A DNA stretch of 64,000 nucleotides from an uncultured Acidobacteriota bacterium (GCA_963836435.1 CAWIJI010000011.1:9678-73677), one strand, 5' to 3'; shown: positions 29,728 through 40,677, counted from the first letter of the stretch. Made by a program: numbers and translations. The notes: generated by a model from the sequence alone, not told the origin.

Positions 29728-30492
29728 TTATACCCCGCAAATCCTGGGGAGCACGCTGCTGATGGCGTCCCTGAAGACGGCGTCGGCGATGCCGTCAAAA
29801 GGAGTCGGCTGTGCATTGATAATGATGACGCGGGCGCCCGCAGCTTTGGCGCCCGGAACCAGACCGGCGACGGGGTAGACCTGCAGGCTTGTTCCAATCG
29901 AGACCATGACATCGCAATCCCGCGCTGCGGCGGCGGCGCGACGCAGAACCTCGGGCACGAGTGCCTGGCCGAAGGATATGGTGTCGCTCTTGAGCAACCC
30001 GTTGCATTGACGGCACGGCGGATCCTGTTCTCCACCGCGCACGCGATCGAGCGTTTCCTGCATCGGTCCCCTCCAGCCGCAATCCAGACAAATCACGGCG
30101 TGCACGGTGCCGTGCACCTCGATGACGCGCGCGGGCGAGTTGCCGGCGCGTTGATGCAGGCCATCGATGTTCTGAGTAATGAGGGCGTGCAATTTGCCGC
30201 GGCGCTCGAGGGTTACAAGGGCCGCGTGTCCGGCGTTGGGCCGGGCCGTCCACGCCGGATGTTCGAGTCGTGCCTGCCATGCCGCTTTTCGAACTTCGCG
30301 GTCCGCAACGTAGCAGCGAATGTCCGACATCTTCTCTGCGGCCGGATTGCGCGTCCACAGTCCCTGAGGCCCTCGGAAATCCGGGATGCCCGAGTCTGTC
30401 GAAATGCCGGCGCCTGCGAGAACTGCCACACGTTTGGCGTGATCCAGCCAACTCTTTGCTTCGGCGATGGCAGCGGCTTCCACGAGAGCCAT
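29728..30492 (-). CDS. cobB: NAD-dependent protein deacylase (Sir2/CobB family)
   Basis: GAGISTDSGIPDFRG motif. Zn-ribbon CLDC...CRQC. HG and QNIDGLH motifs. Confidence 0.9.
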   Translation of the reverse strand: MALVEAAAIAEAKSWLDHAKRVAVLAGAGISTDSGIPDFRGPQGLWTRNPAAEKMSDIRCYVADREVRKAAWQARLEHPAWTARPNAGHAALVTLERRGKLHALITQNIDGLHQRAGNSPARVIEVHGTVHAVICLDCGWRGPMQETLDRVRGGEQDPPCRQCNGLLKSDTISFGQALVPEVLRRAAAAARDCDVMVSIGTSLQVYPVAGLVPGAKAAGARVIIINAQPTPFDGIADAVFRDAISSVLPRICGV

Positions 30493-30961
30493 CTTAACGC
30501 GCGTTTGAGAGCCGGCGCACGTCCCATAAATCGGAAACTCGTTGTCCGGTTTCGATTGACTGCCGCGGCAGCGGGTGTATTCTCAAGAAACGAAATCGGC
30601 CTAAATCCGAACTCGAAAGAGAGAGGGTGCGGGGGACCCAAACAGCGCGTAAGCGCTGCGGGGCGAATCCGAAGGTGGTAACGCCAGCGGTAGGGCGGCT
30701 TCCCAGCCCGAGTCCGTCAGCTAACCTCGCCGGCCAGAGCGGAAGAAACGATGAACCTTCACAACATAGTCTACCAACAACACACGATACCTAAGCCCTA
30801 GACGCGCGTTGCGCGGAGGGAATTTCAAGAGACTTCCGTGAAATTCGGCACGTGTCTCCGGTTCCCGGGCCAGGTTCAGGCAATTTCGTGAACGTCCCGC
30901 AATCTACTCCGCGCAGTTCGTGGACAGAGGTGTACGAACGCAGATTGGAGGCTGCACTTCA

Positions 30962-33040
30962 ATGACTATCACTTTGCTTCTTTGGACATTCGGGATTGTT
31001 CTGGCGCTTGTACTGATTCCCTGGCTTGCCGGGGTTCGATACATTCCGCACAACAAAGTCGGTATTGTCGAAAAGCTCTGGTCGCCCAAAGGCTCGTTGA
31101 CGGGTGGGCGCATCGTGGCTCTCGGAGGTGAAGCGGGTTTTCAGGCTGAACTTCTGCGCGGGGGAGTGCACGCGGGATTTTTCCCGTGGCAATACCGGAT
31201 TCACAAGGAACCGCTGGTCATGATTTCTGAGAGCAAGATCGGCTATGTCTATGCGCGCGACGGAAGTCCGCTCCCGCCGACGCAGACGCTTGCCCGGATT
31301 GTGGACTGCAATCACTTTCAGGATGCCGAGGGGTTCCTCAACCATGAAGGGCAGCGCGGCCGGCAGCGAGCCATTCTTCGTGAAGGCGTGTTCGCCATCA
31401 ACACGGCGTTGTTCGTCGTGATTACGGAGGATCGTGTCTTCGCCGGCCCGATGCGCGACCGGCAACAAAGCAAGTTCAATGAGTGGCAGGGCCAGTTGAA
31501 GTCCCTGCTGGGATTCGATCCGGTGGTTGTGGGCTTTGGCGGCCAGGCGGCGATCAGAGCCGAGGAACCTGTCGTGGGCGGCGCCGACCTCACGATGACG
31601 CCGACGGATACGATCGGCATCGTGACGATTCACGACGGCGCGCCACTGGAGTCGGGAGAAATCATTGCACCCGAAGTGCGAGCCGAAACCCGCAGTCACA
31701 ACTACTTCCAGGATCCGGAGACCTTTTTGTCTCTCGGAGGACGGCGTGGAAAGCAGTTACAAGTGCTGACCGACGGCACGTTCTTCATCAACCGCTGGTT
31801 CGCCACGGTTGAAACTCGTCCAAAGACGCTGATTCCGATCGGTTACGTCGGCGTTGTGGTGTCGTATTACGGCACCAGGGGCGAAGACACCACCGGCGAA
31901 GGATTTCGTTACGGCGAGCAGGTCGAACTCGGGGAGCGCGGGGTGTGGAAACAAGCGCTGCCTCCGGGGAAGTATCCGGTGAATCCCTATGCCGTGAAGG
32001 TGGAGCTGGTGCCGACGGTTAACTTCGTCTTGCGCTGGATTACCGGCCAGGCCGAGGCGCATCAATACGACAAGGACCTGGTTTCCATCGCGCTGATCAC
32101 GGCCGATGGTTACGAACCGGTGCTCCCGTTGTCGCTGGTGTTGCACATCGACTATGAAAAGGCCCCCAGCGTGGTCCAGCGTTTCGGCGATGTCAGCCGG
32201 CTGATCACGCAGACGCTGGATCCGATTCTGACGTCATACTTTCGCGATGTCGCGCAGTCGTCCAACATGCTCGATCTGTTGACGCACCGTGAAGATATTC
32301 AACGGCGGGCGACCGAGGAACTGGGGAAACGATTCAAGGAGTTCGATATCAATTGCATCGCGGTGTTGATCGGCCGTCCGGAGTCGACTATCGACGTGGC
32401 CGAGGAAGATCCGATCGACCGGCTCTTTGACCAGCTGCGCATGCGGCGGCTGGCCGAAGAACAGATTGCGACCTTCGGAAGGCAGGAGGAAGCCGCGATG
32501 CACCTGAAGGATCTTAACGACGCGAAAGCCGCGGCGGAAAAGCAGGCCGAGCTGACGCAAACCAAAATCGATATCGAAGTCGCGGGCAACCGCGGCGAGG
32601 CCCAGCTGGCGGAGGCGCAGCGTCTTTCTCGCCGTGATATTGCGCGGGCGGAAGGCGAGTCGCGATCGCGGGAACTGCTGGGTCGCGGCGAAGCTTCGAA
32701 GATCGCGCAAGTCGGTCTGGCGGAAGCCGCCGTTTCGCTGCAGAAGATTCGCGCGTATGGCGATCCGCGATTGTTCGCGTTGAACCTGGCGACCGATCGT
32801 TTCGCCAGCAGCGCCCAGCCTCTTGTTCCGGAACGCCTGCTGGTCATGGCAGGCGCCGCCGGCGGCGATCAGGCGGATCTCGGCTCTTCGAACGTGTTCA
32901 GCCAGTTCCTGACGCTGTTGCTGGCGGAGAAGTCCGGGCTGGGTGTGACCGAAAGCGGCAAAGGCATGGAGGACCTTGAAAAATTGACCGCAAGTCTGGC
33001 GAAAAAATTCGAGCAGACGATCAACGCGAGCGAATCGTAA
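30962..33040 (+). CDS. SPFH/band-7 (flotillin/YqiK-like) domain protein with long coiled-coil C-terminus
   Basis: N-terminal TM helix, SPFH core and an extended Ala/Glu/Arg-rich coiled coil. Start set at MTITLLLW. Confidence 0.8.
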   Translation: MTITLLLWTFGIVLALVLIPWLAGVRYIPHNKVGIVEKLWSPKGSLTGGRIVALGGEAGFQAELLRGGVHAGFFPWQYRIHKEPLVMISESKIGYVYARDGSPLPPTQTLARIVDCNHFQDAEGFLNHEGQRGRQRAILREGVFAINTALFVVITEDRVFAGPMRDRQQSKFNEWQGQLKSLLGFDPVVVGFGGQAAIRAEEPVVGGADLTMTPTDTIGIVTIHDGAPLESGEIIAPEVRAETRSHNYFQDPETFLSLGGRRGKQLQVLTDGTFFINRWFATVETRPKTLIPIGYVGVVVSYYGTRGEDTTGEGFRYGEQVELGERGVWKQALPPGKYPVNPYAVKVELVPTVNFVLRWITGQAEAHQYDKDLVSIALITADGYEPVLPLSLVLHIDYEKAPSVVQRFGDVSRLITQTLDPILTSYFRDVAQSSNMLDLLTHREDIQRRATEELGKRFKEFDINCIAVLIGRPESTIDVAEEDPIDRLFDQLRMRRLAEEQIATFGRQEEAAMHLKDLNDAKAAAEKQAELTQTKIDIEVAGNRGEAQLAEAQRLSRRDIARAEGESRSRELLGRGEASKIAQVGLAEAAVSLQKIRAYGDPRLFALNLATDRFASSAQPLVPERLLVMAGAAGGDQADLGSSNVFSQFLTLLLAEKSGLGVTESGKGMEDLEKLTASLAKKFEQTINASES

Positions 33041-34434
33041 CCCGACCGTCGGTGGCGGCGGATACAACTGGATGCTTTTTCAGGTACGGAAGTCACGGCA
33101 TCACGCAGGAGCGTTCCCGTGTCTTCCACGGAAGTTCCCTGGGTAAGCTCGGCCAGTCCGTCGCCGCCGGCGGCCATGAAGTCGTTGGCGGCGACGGTGT
33201 AACGCGACGCATCCCGCAGCGACTCGCCGTTGGCGAGAGTCGCCGAAAGAAGCCGGTTTGGAAAGGGCCGGGTCATATCCCACGAAACCTTCAGGCCGCT
33301 AACCGCAAGGACGCGGCGGCCCAGCAACTGTTTCACCTGAGCGCCGCTCAGGCTCATCTTCACTACAGTGTTCTGGAAGGGAAGCACGTCGAACAGGTCG
33401 CCTCTGGTAATCCGACCCTTCCGGATCGTCGAACGGATCCCCCCAACATTATGAAAAGCGATCTGCGTGCCGGCATAGTCGCGTATCGCGTCGGCCAGCA
33501 GGTTGTTCAGGGGCGATTCCTGGGTGTCGGACTTGACCAGATTGGCGCCCGCTTCGCCGACACGCTGGGCGGCGCGCGCAGCGAGCTGGCGCTCATACGG
33601 GGCGATGATCGCCGCGATATCCGGGTCTTTCGCAACACCCCGCACGGGGAACATCTGGGACGTCATGGATTCGATGGTCTTGCCAGACAAACGTATTTCA
33701 ACTTTGCCGAGATTCTGGGTGCTGCTTCCCGTTTCGACGATGAGCGTTTCCCCGACCTGCGTTGCACGAGTGGCGTGCGGATGGCCGGCAATGATGAGCC
33801 GGATTTCCGGAAAGGCTTTCGCGATCCGGACCTGCTCTTCGAACGAGACATGAGCAACAAGAAAAATGAAATCGGACTGCGGACGAACCATGGGCAGAGC
33901 TTCCCGGAGTGCGTCGATGGCGTTGGTGACTTTGATGTCCTTGAGATTTTTCGGATGCGTGACTTCGGAGAGTGTTTCCACCGTCAAACCGATCACGCCG
34001 ATGCGCAACCCTTTCACGTTCAGGATGGTGTAGGGCTGTACTTCCGGGACACCGCTCACATTCGCCGAGAGAACGGGAAAGTGCGCCTCTTTCAGGCGAT
34101 TCCGCAACTCCGTTATGCCGTAGTCGAATTCATGATTGCCCAGCGCGACGGCGGCGTACCCCAGCTTGTTCAGGATTTCGACCATCGGCTTGCCGAAAAA
34201 CTCGTCGTTGATCATCGAGCCGGTGAACATGTCGCCACCGTCGAGGAGGAGATCCGGACGCTGGCGTCGTATGAGGGTGGCAAGCTCGGCCATCCCTCCA
34301 ACGCCGTCCCGGGGCAGCACCTGTCCGTGCATATCGTTGGTGTGAAGCAGGACGAGCGTTGTTGGCGCCTGGGACAGCGCGAGGCCGCCGGCCAGCAGCA
34401 GGGAAGTAACGACGGTGAGCAGAAACTTCCGCAT
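32869..34434 (-). CDS. bifunctional metallophosphatase / 5'-nucleotidase (UshA/CpdB-like)
   Basis: Signal peptide, calcineurin-like metal ligands (HTNDMHG, GGD, GNHEFD) and a 5'-nucleotidase C-terminal domain. The 3' end overlaps the convergent SPFH gene by 172 nt, and the last ~40 codons are low-complexity. Confidence 0.85.
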   Translation of the reverse strand: MRKFLLTVVTSLLLAGGLALSQAPTTLVLLHTNDMHGQVLPRDGVGGMAELATLIRRQRPDLLLDGGDMFTGSMINDEFFGKPMVEILNKLGYAAVALGNHEFDYGITELRNRLKEAHFPVLSANVSGVPEVQPYTILNVKGLRIGVIGLTVETLSEVTHPKNLKDIKVTNAIDALREALPMVRPQSDFIFLVAHVSFEEQVRIAKAFPEIRLIIAGHPHATRATQVGETLIVETGSSTQNLGKVEIRLSGKTIESMTSQMFPVRGVAKDPDIAAIIAPYERQLAARAAQRVGEAGANLVKSDTQESPLNNLLADAIRDYAGTQIAFHNVGGIRSTIRKGRITRGDLFDVLPFQNTVVKMSLSGAQVKQLLGRRVLAVSGLKVSWDMTRPFPNRLLSATLANGESLRDASRYTVAANDFMAAGGDGLAELTQGTSVEDTGTLLRDAVTSVPEKASSCIRRHRRSGYDSLALIVCSNFFARLAVNFSRSSMPLPLSVTPSPDFSASNSVRNWLNTFEEPRSA

Positions 34435-34592
34435 GATGTGCCAAGCGTACCCTGTCCTGCGTACCGGGACAAGAGCAGGAAGAAACTCAGGACCCGCAGT
34501 TCGAGCGGCTGTCTCCTTGCGGCCTCTCGCACCCCTGCCGGGCACGTCTCGAACTTTGCAGGTTTAGCGTCCACCCCGGAGGGGTTCATGCC

Positions 34593-34785
34593 TGGAGTTT
34601 AGATATTTTGCACGCCGGAGGCGTGCTGGGAATTTAGCCCCGGGTTAAGCGAGCGAAGCGAGCGCAACCCGGGGTTACCGTAACGGAGATGTTCGCACCC
34701 CGTGAGATGAACCCCGGGTGTCGCTCGGCTCCACCCGGGGCTACCTTCCTTTCACGCCTCCGGCGTTCAAAATGTCTACCTCCGG
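34593..34785 (+). repeat. MITE-like hairpin repeat family, copy 2 (short variant with both terminal inverted repeats)
   Basis: Left end cctggagtttagatattttgcacgccggaggcgtg. Right end cacgcctccggcgttcaaaatgtctacctccgg is an approximate reverse complement of the left end. Confidence 0.8.
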
Positions 34786-34979
34786 CATCCGCGGAGGGTA
34801 GTGGTCGCGCGCTCTCCTTGCGCGCGACCCACCGGAACGGGCCCCGCAACGAGAAACACCCCTGCGGCGCCCGGCGCAGGGGTGCGAGGTTACATTTGGA
34901 CACGTGTGTCGCGTGAGGCGGGGTGGTCAAAGGCTTAGCCTGACTCCACAGTTCGCGCGCACTTGCGCCCGGCCTTCGG

Positions 34980-35640
34980 CTACCCCTCGTCAAGAGGCTT
35001 CAAGCGGAGGGGGACACCTGCTCGAATATCCAACATCTCCACCCACTTGCGAATCTCGTCTGCCGCCGCCTCCAGCGTCGTTGTTCCCGACTTTCCCACC
35101 TTCAGCGAATGGTCGCCACGCTCCGTCCACACCAGAGTTGCGCGGCCGCCGATCCGCTGCACCACCGTCTCCAGCAGGGTACGCTCCGCCAGGGTATCCC
35201 TCGTGCCGCTGAGGAACAGCATGGGCAGCTCTATCCCGTAAAGGTGCGCATCCCGCAGCTGATCCTGCTTGCCGGGCGGATGTAACGGATACCCCAGGAA
35301 CACGAGCCCTGCAACCCCCTCTGTGCTGCCGGCGATGTAGGACGCCACCCTTCCGCCCATCGACTTTCCCCCGATGATGATTTTTTCAGGTCGATGTGTT
35401 TCCGCGACTTGTGCCACGACCTCTCGGTAGAGCGCCTGCATCCTGGGTTGTGGATCCGGAATCTTTCGTCCCTGCCGCATGTACTCGAAGTTGAACTGCA
35501 CGGACAGAAAACCGCGCTTCGGCAGCGCTTCGTGAAAGAATTGCATGAAGGGGGAGTCGATTCCCTGGCCTGCACCGTGCGCCAGGATAATGGCGACGTT
35601 CCCGTCCCAGTGTTCAGGTGCTGCTGCGCTCCAGTTCATC
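34980..35640 (-). CDS. alpha/beta hydrolase (dienelactone-hydrolase-like fold)
   Basis: Nucleophile elbow GGKSMGG, with downstream Asp and His positions. Confidence 0.75.
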
Positions 35641-36313
35641 GAACCTCCTGCAGGCCGGCAGTCTTCTCGAGAAATCTGCGGAACTGCGATCCTGCCGGCA
35701 TCCAGCGGTCTATCAGCACCCGCGCCTTGCGCGGCGACATCTCCGCGCCTTCTCTCCACAGGTCTTCAAACAGCAGTTCCGTTGCGCCGACTGCCAGCGA
35801 CGGGAAAGCCCCGTCCTCGACTTCGCCAAACCCGACAATCAGGAATCGCGTGAAGAGTTCCTTCATTCCACGGGAGTAAGCGCCTTCGTGGAGCTTACCC
35901 CGAAGGTCCGTGAGCGCTTTCAGTTCTTTCGTTGACAGAGGCGAATTGTTTTCCAGGACCTCGAACAGAACCCGGGCCGTTTCGGAGAGTTCGTGGCGGG
36001 GAATACGCGCCGTCCGCGCCAGACAGAGCAAGGCCGCGAACAGGTCGCGTGAGAAAAACGTTGCGCGTCCCTGATACCACTTGGAATAGACGACCTCGCG
36101 GCAGTCCGAAAGGCTTTTCATCAGTTGCCACATGTTCGCGACCTTGTAGTCGCTGTCCTGATTCCATTCCCAGATCATTTCCGTTTTCGGGTAGAACTGC
36201 GACCATAGCGAGTTCGGCAGACTTTTGTTATTCAGCGGGAACACCAGCAAGGCGCCGTGGGTTTGGATGTGCGAGATTGCCGCTGGAGCGCTCCGTGGTT
36301 GGCCTGGTTTCAT
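35636..36313 (-). CDS. hypothetical protein (co-transcribed with the alpha/beta hydrolase)
   Basis: 225-aa ORF with a 4-nt overlap with the downstream gene. No recognisable motif. Confidence 0.4.
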   Translation of the reverse strand: MKPGQPRSAPAAISHIQTHGALLVFPLNNKSLPNSLWSQFYPKTEMIWEWNQDSDYKVANMWQLMKSLSDCREVVYSKWYQGRATFFSRDLFAALLCLARTARIPRHELSETARVLFEVLENNSPLSTKELKALTDLRGKLHEGAYSRGMKELFTRFLIVGFGEVEDGAFPSLAVGATELLFEDLWREGAEMSPRKARVLIDRWMPAGSQFRRFLEKTAGLQEVR

Positions 36314-36380
36314 ATTCTTTTAACCTTACTCCCGAAGAATAGCGCGGCAGCGAATTCAGGGCCGGCCGAATTCGCGTACA

Positions 36381-37934
36381 ATGCCGATTGTGACGGAGTT
36401 GTTGATCCCCACCCTTAATGAGTTATTGCGGGAAACGCTGACGAGCCGCGTCTATGAGGTCGCGAAGGAAACCTCGCTGGATTTCGCGCCGAAGTTGTCA
36501 CAACGAGTTGGCAACAATGTCTGGTTGAAGCGCGAAGACCAGCAGCCCGTGTTCAGCTTCAAGCTCCGCGGCGCCTACAACAAGATTGCGAAACTCTCAA
36601 AGGCCGAGCGCGAACGCGGCGTTATTGCGGCGAGCGCCGGGAATCACGCCCAGGGCGTTGCGCTTGCGGCAATGAAGCTGGGGCTTAAGGCGATCATCGT
36701 GATGCCTCGCACGACCCCTGAAATCAAGGTCGATGCCGTGCGCGCGATGGGCGCGGAAGTTGTTCTCGCCGGCGATCACTATTCCGAAGCCCAGCAGCAT
36801 TGCGATGAGCTTGTGAAAACGACCGGCATGACCTTTGTTCACCCGTTCGACGATCCCCTTGTTATTGCCGGACAAGGCACGATTGCGGACGAGATCCTGA
36901 GACAAAAACCCGAAGGCCTGCACGCCATCCTTGTGCCAATCGGGGGAGGCGGCCTGATCGCGGGAATAGCCGCCTACATCAAGGCGGTCCTGCCTGAAGT
37001 GAAGGTGATCGGTGTCCAGGCCAGGGAGTCGGATGCGATGTATCAATCGGTGGCCGCAGGCAAGCCGGTGACCCTGGAGCGCGTCGGCATTTTCGTAGAC
37101 GGCGTCGCCGTTCGAACCGTGGGCCGCTATACCTTCCCGATCATCCAGAAAACGGTCGACGAAATCCTGCTTGTCGATAACGATCAGATCTGCGCGGCGA
37201 TCAAGGACGTCTTCGACGACACGCGCGCCATCGTCGAACCGGCCGGCGCACTGGCCGTCGCCGCCGTCAAAACCTACACCGGCCGGACGCGGTTGCGGGG
37301 AAGGCACCTGGTGGCACTGCTCAGTGGCGCCAATATGAATTTCGATCGACTCCGCTTCGTCGCCGAGCGCGCCGAAGTGGGCGAATTCCGCGAAGCCCTT
37401 TTCGGCGTCACCATCCCGGAAAAGCCCGGCGCATTCCGGCAGTTTTGCGCGACGCTTGGGCCGCGCGTCATTACCGAGTTCAACTATCGTCTCAACTCGA
37501 GAGCCCGCGCGGAAATCTTCGTGGGGATGAGCATTCGCAGCCAGAAGGATGCGATGGACGTGAAGGCCAGCCTGAACGCTCTCGGCTATGAGACGGCAGA
37601 TCTCACCGCAAGTGAAATGGCGAAACTTCATGTGCGTCACATGGTGGGGGGACATGCTCAGGGAGTGAAGCGGGAGCGTCTTTGCCGGTTTGAGTTCCCT
37701 GAACGCCCGGGGGCCTTGCTCCAGTTTCTGGACACCCTGGGGGGGCGATGGAATATCAGTCTTTTCCATTATCGAAATCATGGCAGCGATTCCGGCCGCG
37801 TCCTCGCAGCCTTCGAAGTACCCGAGGGTGAAGACGTTGATTTTGAAGGCTTTCTTGCCGCTTTGGGCTACTTCTATCAGATCGCGGATGGGGATGAGGC
37901 CTACCGGCGTTTCCTGGCGCCACTCGAGAGTTAA
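36381..37934 (+). CDS. ilvA: threonine ammonia-lyase, biosynthetic (PLP enzyme with two C-terminal ACT-like regulatory domains)
   Basis: PLP-lysine region SFKLRGA. GGGGL loop. 517-aa length with duplicated regulatory domain. Confidence 0.93.
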   Translation: MPIVTELLIPTLNELLRETLTSRVYEVAKETSLDFAPKLSQRVGNNVWLKREDQQPVFSFKLRGAYNKIAKLSKAERERGVIAASAGNHAQGVALAAMKLGLKAIIVMPRTTPEIKVDAVRAMGAEVVLAGDHYSEAQQHCDELVKTTGMTFVHPFDDPLVIAGQGTIADEILRQKPEGLHAILVPIGGGGLIAGIAAYIKAVLPEVKVIGVQARESDAMYQSVAAGKPVTLERVGIFVDGVAVRTVGRYTFPIIQKTVDEILLVDNDQICAAIKDVFDDTRAIVEPAGALAVAAVKTYTGRTRLRGRHLVALLSGANMNFDRLRFVAERAEVGEFREALFGVTIPEKPGAFRQFCATLGPRVITEFNYRLNSRARAEIFVGMSIRSQKDAMDVKASLNALGYETADLTASEMAKLHVRHMVGGHAQGVKRERLCRFEFPERPGALLQFLDTLGGRWNISLFHYRNHGSDSGRVLAAFEVPEGEDVDFEGFLAALGYFYQIADGDEAYRRFLAPLES

Positions 37935-38000
37935 ATTCAGTGTATTTTTTTAAATTTGTAGGCTAGCACCTTATTTAAGTGGCTGCTATATTCCCGATTC

Positions 38001-39245
38001 TTGATGCCGCAGACGATCTTCATTCTCGGAACGGATGCCGAGCAGTGTGCTAAGCTGCGGGACATCCTTCAGGCCAGCGTGACCGACACTATAGTCACGG
38101 CCTCCGTCGGTGACAGCATTCCCAAGCTCGGGGAGTCCGACACTGTCATCGTCTCCTCCGAAGAACAAAAGACAGGGGCGCTCTACCGCGACCTGCTGAA
38201 CCGGCTCGAAGACCAAATTCATCGTGCACGCGTGCTCGGCGAGTTGATTCATTTGTCGTCGTCCGCTCTTCGGCTGGAAGATGTACTCGAGCGGGTTGTT
38301 GCGAAATCAACTGAAATTCTGGGAGATACTGCCTTTATTGTTCTGAAGGCGGACGAGACCCTTCGCCTTGAAGCGGCGTTTTCGACCGCCCAGGACCGGT
38401 TGATTCGAATGCTGGTGATGGTGATCAACTCGTCCCCCGAAACCGTCATGCGCAAATTCCTGGGTGATGTGCTGGAAGGGGGAAAGCCGGTGCTCATCTC
38501 CAATCTTCAACAGACTACAGCGCCACCGGCGATGCAGGACTTTGTCGAAAAATATGGCTTGTCGTCGGTGATTGCGACGCCGATTCGCACAAAGGAGAGG
38601 GTTCTTGGCGCGTTTGTCTCGTTTTCAGTGGCCCCACGAATACTGGGGCAGGCGGATCTGGAATCCGCTGCGGGACTGGCCGACTTTACGGCGATCGTGG
38701 TGGAGAATGCGCGGCTGTTCGCCGAAGTGCAAAGGTCGGCGACCACCGACGCGCTCACCGGCGTTTTCAACACGCGATTCTTCCACGAGGTACTGAGCCG
38801 CGAGGCTGCGCGCGCCCAGCGGTACAGTACCGCTCTTTCCCTCCTCATGATCGATGTCGATAGTTTCAAAATGATCAACGACACGTTTGGTCATCTCGTG
38901 GGCGACAAGGTTCTCACGGAGATAGGCCAAATCCTTCAGAAGACAGTCCGGAACACCGACATCGTGTTTCGATGTGGTGGCGATGAATTCGGAGTCGTGC
39001 TTCCCGGAACGAGCGCTGAGGGTGCGCTCCACGTCGCCGAAAAGATCCTGCAACGGGTGCAGGCGGGTCCCATCCTCCAGACAATGGGGTATACCGGGTC
39101 GATCACCGTCAGTATCGGAGTTTCGGACTACCAGCGAGGAAGTCATTTCGAAACTCTGGTCGCCGATGCGGATCAGGCCCTTTACACCGCGAAGCGAGCC
39201 GGGAAGAGTTGCATTCGAACCTTTGTCCAAGGTCAATCCCATTGA
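38001..39245 (+). CDS. diguanylate cyclase (GGDEF) with N-terminal receiver-like and GAF-like regions
   Basis: GGDEF active site RCGGDEFGVVL and I-site RxxD upstream. Confidence 0.88.
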   Translation: MMPQTIFILGTDAEQCAKLRDILQASVTDTIVTASVGDSIPKLGESDTVIVSSEEQKTGALYRDLLNRLEDQIHRARVLGELIHLSSSALRLEDVLERVVAKSTEILGDTAFIVLKADETLRLEAAFSTAQDRLIRMLVMVINSSPETVMRKFLGDVLEGGKPVLISNLQQTTAPPAMQDFVEKYGLSSVIATPIRTKERVLGAFVSFSVAPRILGQADLESAAGLADFTAIVVENARLFAEVQRSATTDALTGVFNTRFFHEVLSREAARAQRYSTALSLLMIDVDSFKMINDTFGHLVGDKVLTEIGQILQKTVRNTDIVFRCGGDEFGVVLPGTSAEGALHVAEKILQRVQAGPILQTMGYTGSITVSIGVSDYQRGSHFETLVADADQALYTAKRAGKSCIRTFVQGQSH

Positions 39246-39422
39246 AACGACGGGGCTCGCGTTTCTGAGTCCCGCCTTCGAAGTCACTTCCATCGGTTGG
39301 AACTGCTCCCGGAACTTTGGTTTTCGGGTTCAGGCCTATCGCTCTGCTCTCAAAGATCTGATGTCTGGCCGCAGATTTCGGCATCACGGAAAAACAGAGG
39401 GAGACGATCGTCAGGTTTCTCT

Positions 39423-40469
39423 TCAGGGTCGAACGGAAGACTGTTCACTATCTGTATTAGCCAGTTTTTTCAACGCCCATGCCGCGTGCGACCGCACATG
39501 TTCGTCCTCGTGGTCGAGGTAGCGGCGCAGCTTCGGAACCAGAGAGCGCAGGCCCGAGTTTCCGGCCACGATCATCAGGTTGCGTAACAGTCCCTTTACT
39601 CTGGCTCGCTTCAATGAGGTGCCCCGGATTTGCGAGGTCCATTCCTCGTGGGAGAAATCAAGGAGAGTTTCCAGCGCAGGCCAGAAGAGTCCGCTCTGCG
39701 GCAGGAATGCCGGATCGTTTGACGCCGGAGCTCGGCGATTCCACGGGCACACGTCCTGACAAATATCACACCCGAAAAGATGGTGCCCCAGCCCGTCGCG
39801 CGTTTCTTCGGGAATGGCCCCGCGTAACTCAATCGTGGCGTACGAAATGCACTTTCTGCTGTCGAGAACATAAGGCGCGACGAAAGCGTCCGTCGGGCAC
39901 GCGTCCAGACAACGCGTGCAGGACCCGCAGCGATCCGGAGGCGGCAGGTCGGGTTGAAGCTCGGCATCGGTAAGAACGCACCCCAGAAACAACCACGACC
40001 CCACTCCTTGATTGATGATGCAGGTGTTTTTGCCGAACCACCCGATGCCCGCATATTTTGCGAAAACCCGTTCCGTCAGCGGCCCGGTGTCCACATAGCA
40101 CCGGGTGCTCGCCCCGCCGTTTGCTTCAATCCAGCGTGCCAGCTCGCGCAGTTTCTTCTGAAGCGTTTTGTGGTAGTCCTTTCCCCATGCGTAGCGCGAA
40201 ACCCACGCGCGAAGGCTGTCGAACGAAGTCCGCACATGGTTTGTGTTGTAATTGACGGCGCAGACAATCACCGAACGTGCGCCAGGCAGGACAGACTGCG
40301 GGTCCATCCGTGCCGCCCGCTGTCGTTCGAGGTAATGCATCTCGCCGGCATACCCGCGATCAAGCCACTCCGCATAGAAATCGCTTTCGCGGGTGGGCTC
40401 GATCGGCGCAATTCCGGAGAGCGTGAATCCCAGCGTTGCGGCGAAGTTCTTGATGTCTTGCGCGTTCAT
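39423..40469 (-). CDS. queG: tRNA epoxyqueuosine(34) reductase
   Basis: Two 4Fe-4S ferredoxin motifs (CGSCTRCLDACPT, CDICQDVCPWN) and a C-terminal HEAT-like tail. Confidence 0.9.
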   Translation of the reverse strand: MNAQDIKNFAATLGFTLSGIAPIEPTRESDFYAEWLDRGYAGEMHYLERQRAARMDPQSVLPGARSVIVCAVNYNTNHVRTSFDSLRAWVSRYAWGKDYHKTLQKKLRELARWIEANGGASTRCYVDTGPLTERVFAKYAGIGWFGKNTCIINQGVGSWLFLGCVLTDAELQPDLPPPDRCGSCTRCLDACPTDAFVAPYVLDSRKCISYATIELRGAIPEETRDGLGHHLFGCDICQDVCPWNRRAPASNDPAFLPQSGLFWPALETLLDFSHEEWTSQIRGTSLKRARVKGLLRNLMIVAGNSGLRSLVPKLRRYLDHEDEHVRSHAAWALKKLANTDSEQSSVRP

Positions 40470-40515
40470 TGACCGTTCTAAGATACGCTCGAGCGTGCTA
40501 CTATTTCGATTCCTC

Positions 40516-40588
<73 letters not shown>

Positions 40589-40614
40589 TACACTTAAAGA
40601 TCAGACTGGGTTTC

Positions 40615-40635
40615 GGGGTACCACTGGGGTACCCC
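40615..40635 (+). other. perfect palindromic hairpin GGGGTACCactgGGGTACCCC 27 nt after tRNA-Lys
   Basis: Seen directly. May act as a terminator for the tRNA or lie at the boundary of the downstream island. Confidence 0.4.
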
Positions 40636-40677
40636 GTGGCCGCTATTGGGATTGAAGCGCGGCAGAGTAAGGCATTT

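Noticed and set aside
30493-30961. 470-bp divergent leader between cobB and the SPFH gene, with segments faintly resembling riboswitch cores (GGTGC...GAATCCGAAGGTGGTAACGCCAGCGGTAGGG)
   Set aside because: Order and spacing of the boxes do not fit TPP or cobalamin riboswitch consensus. Neither flanking gene is a usual riboswitch target. Most likely ordinary promoter/UTR sequence.
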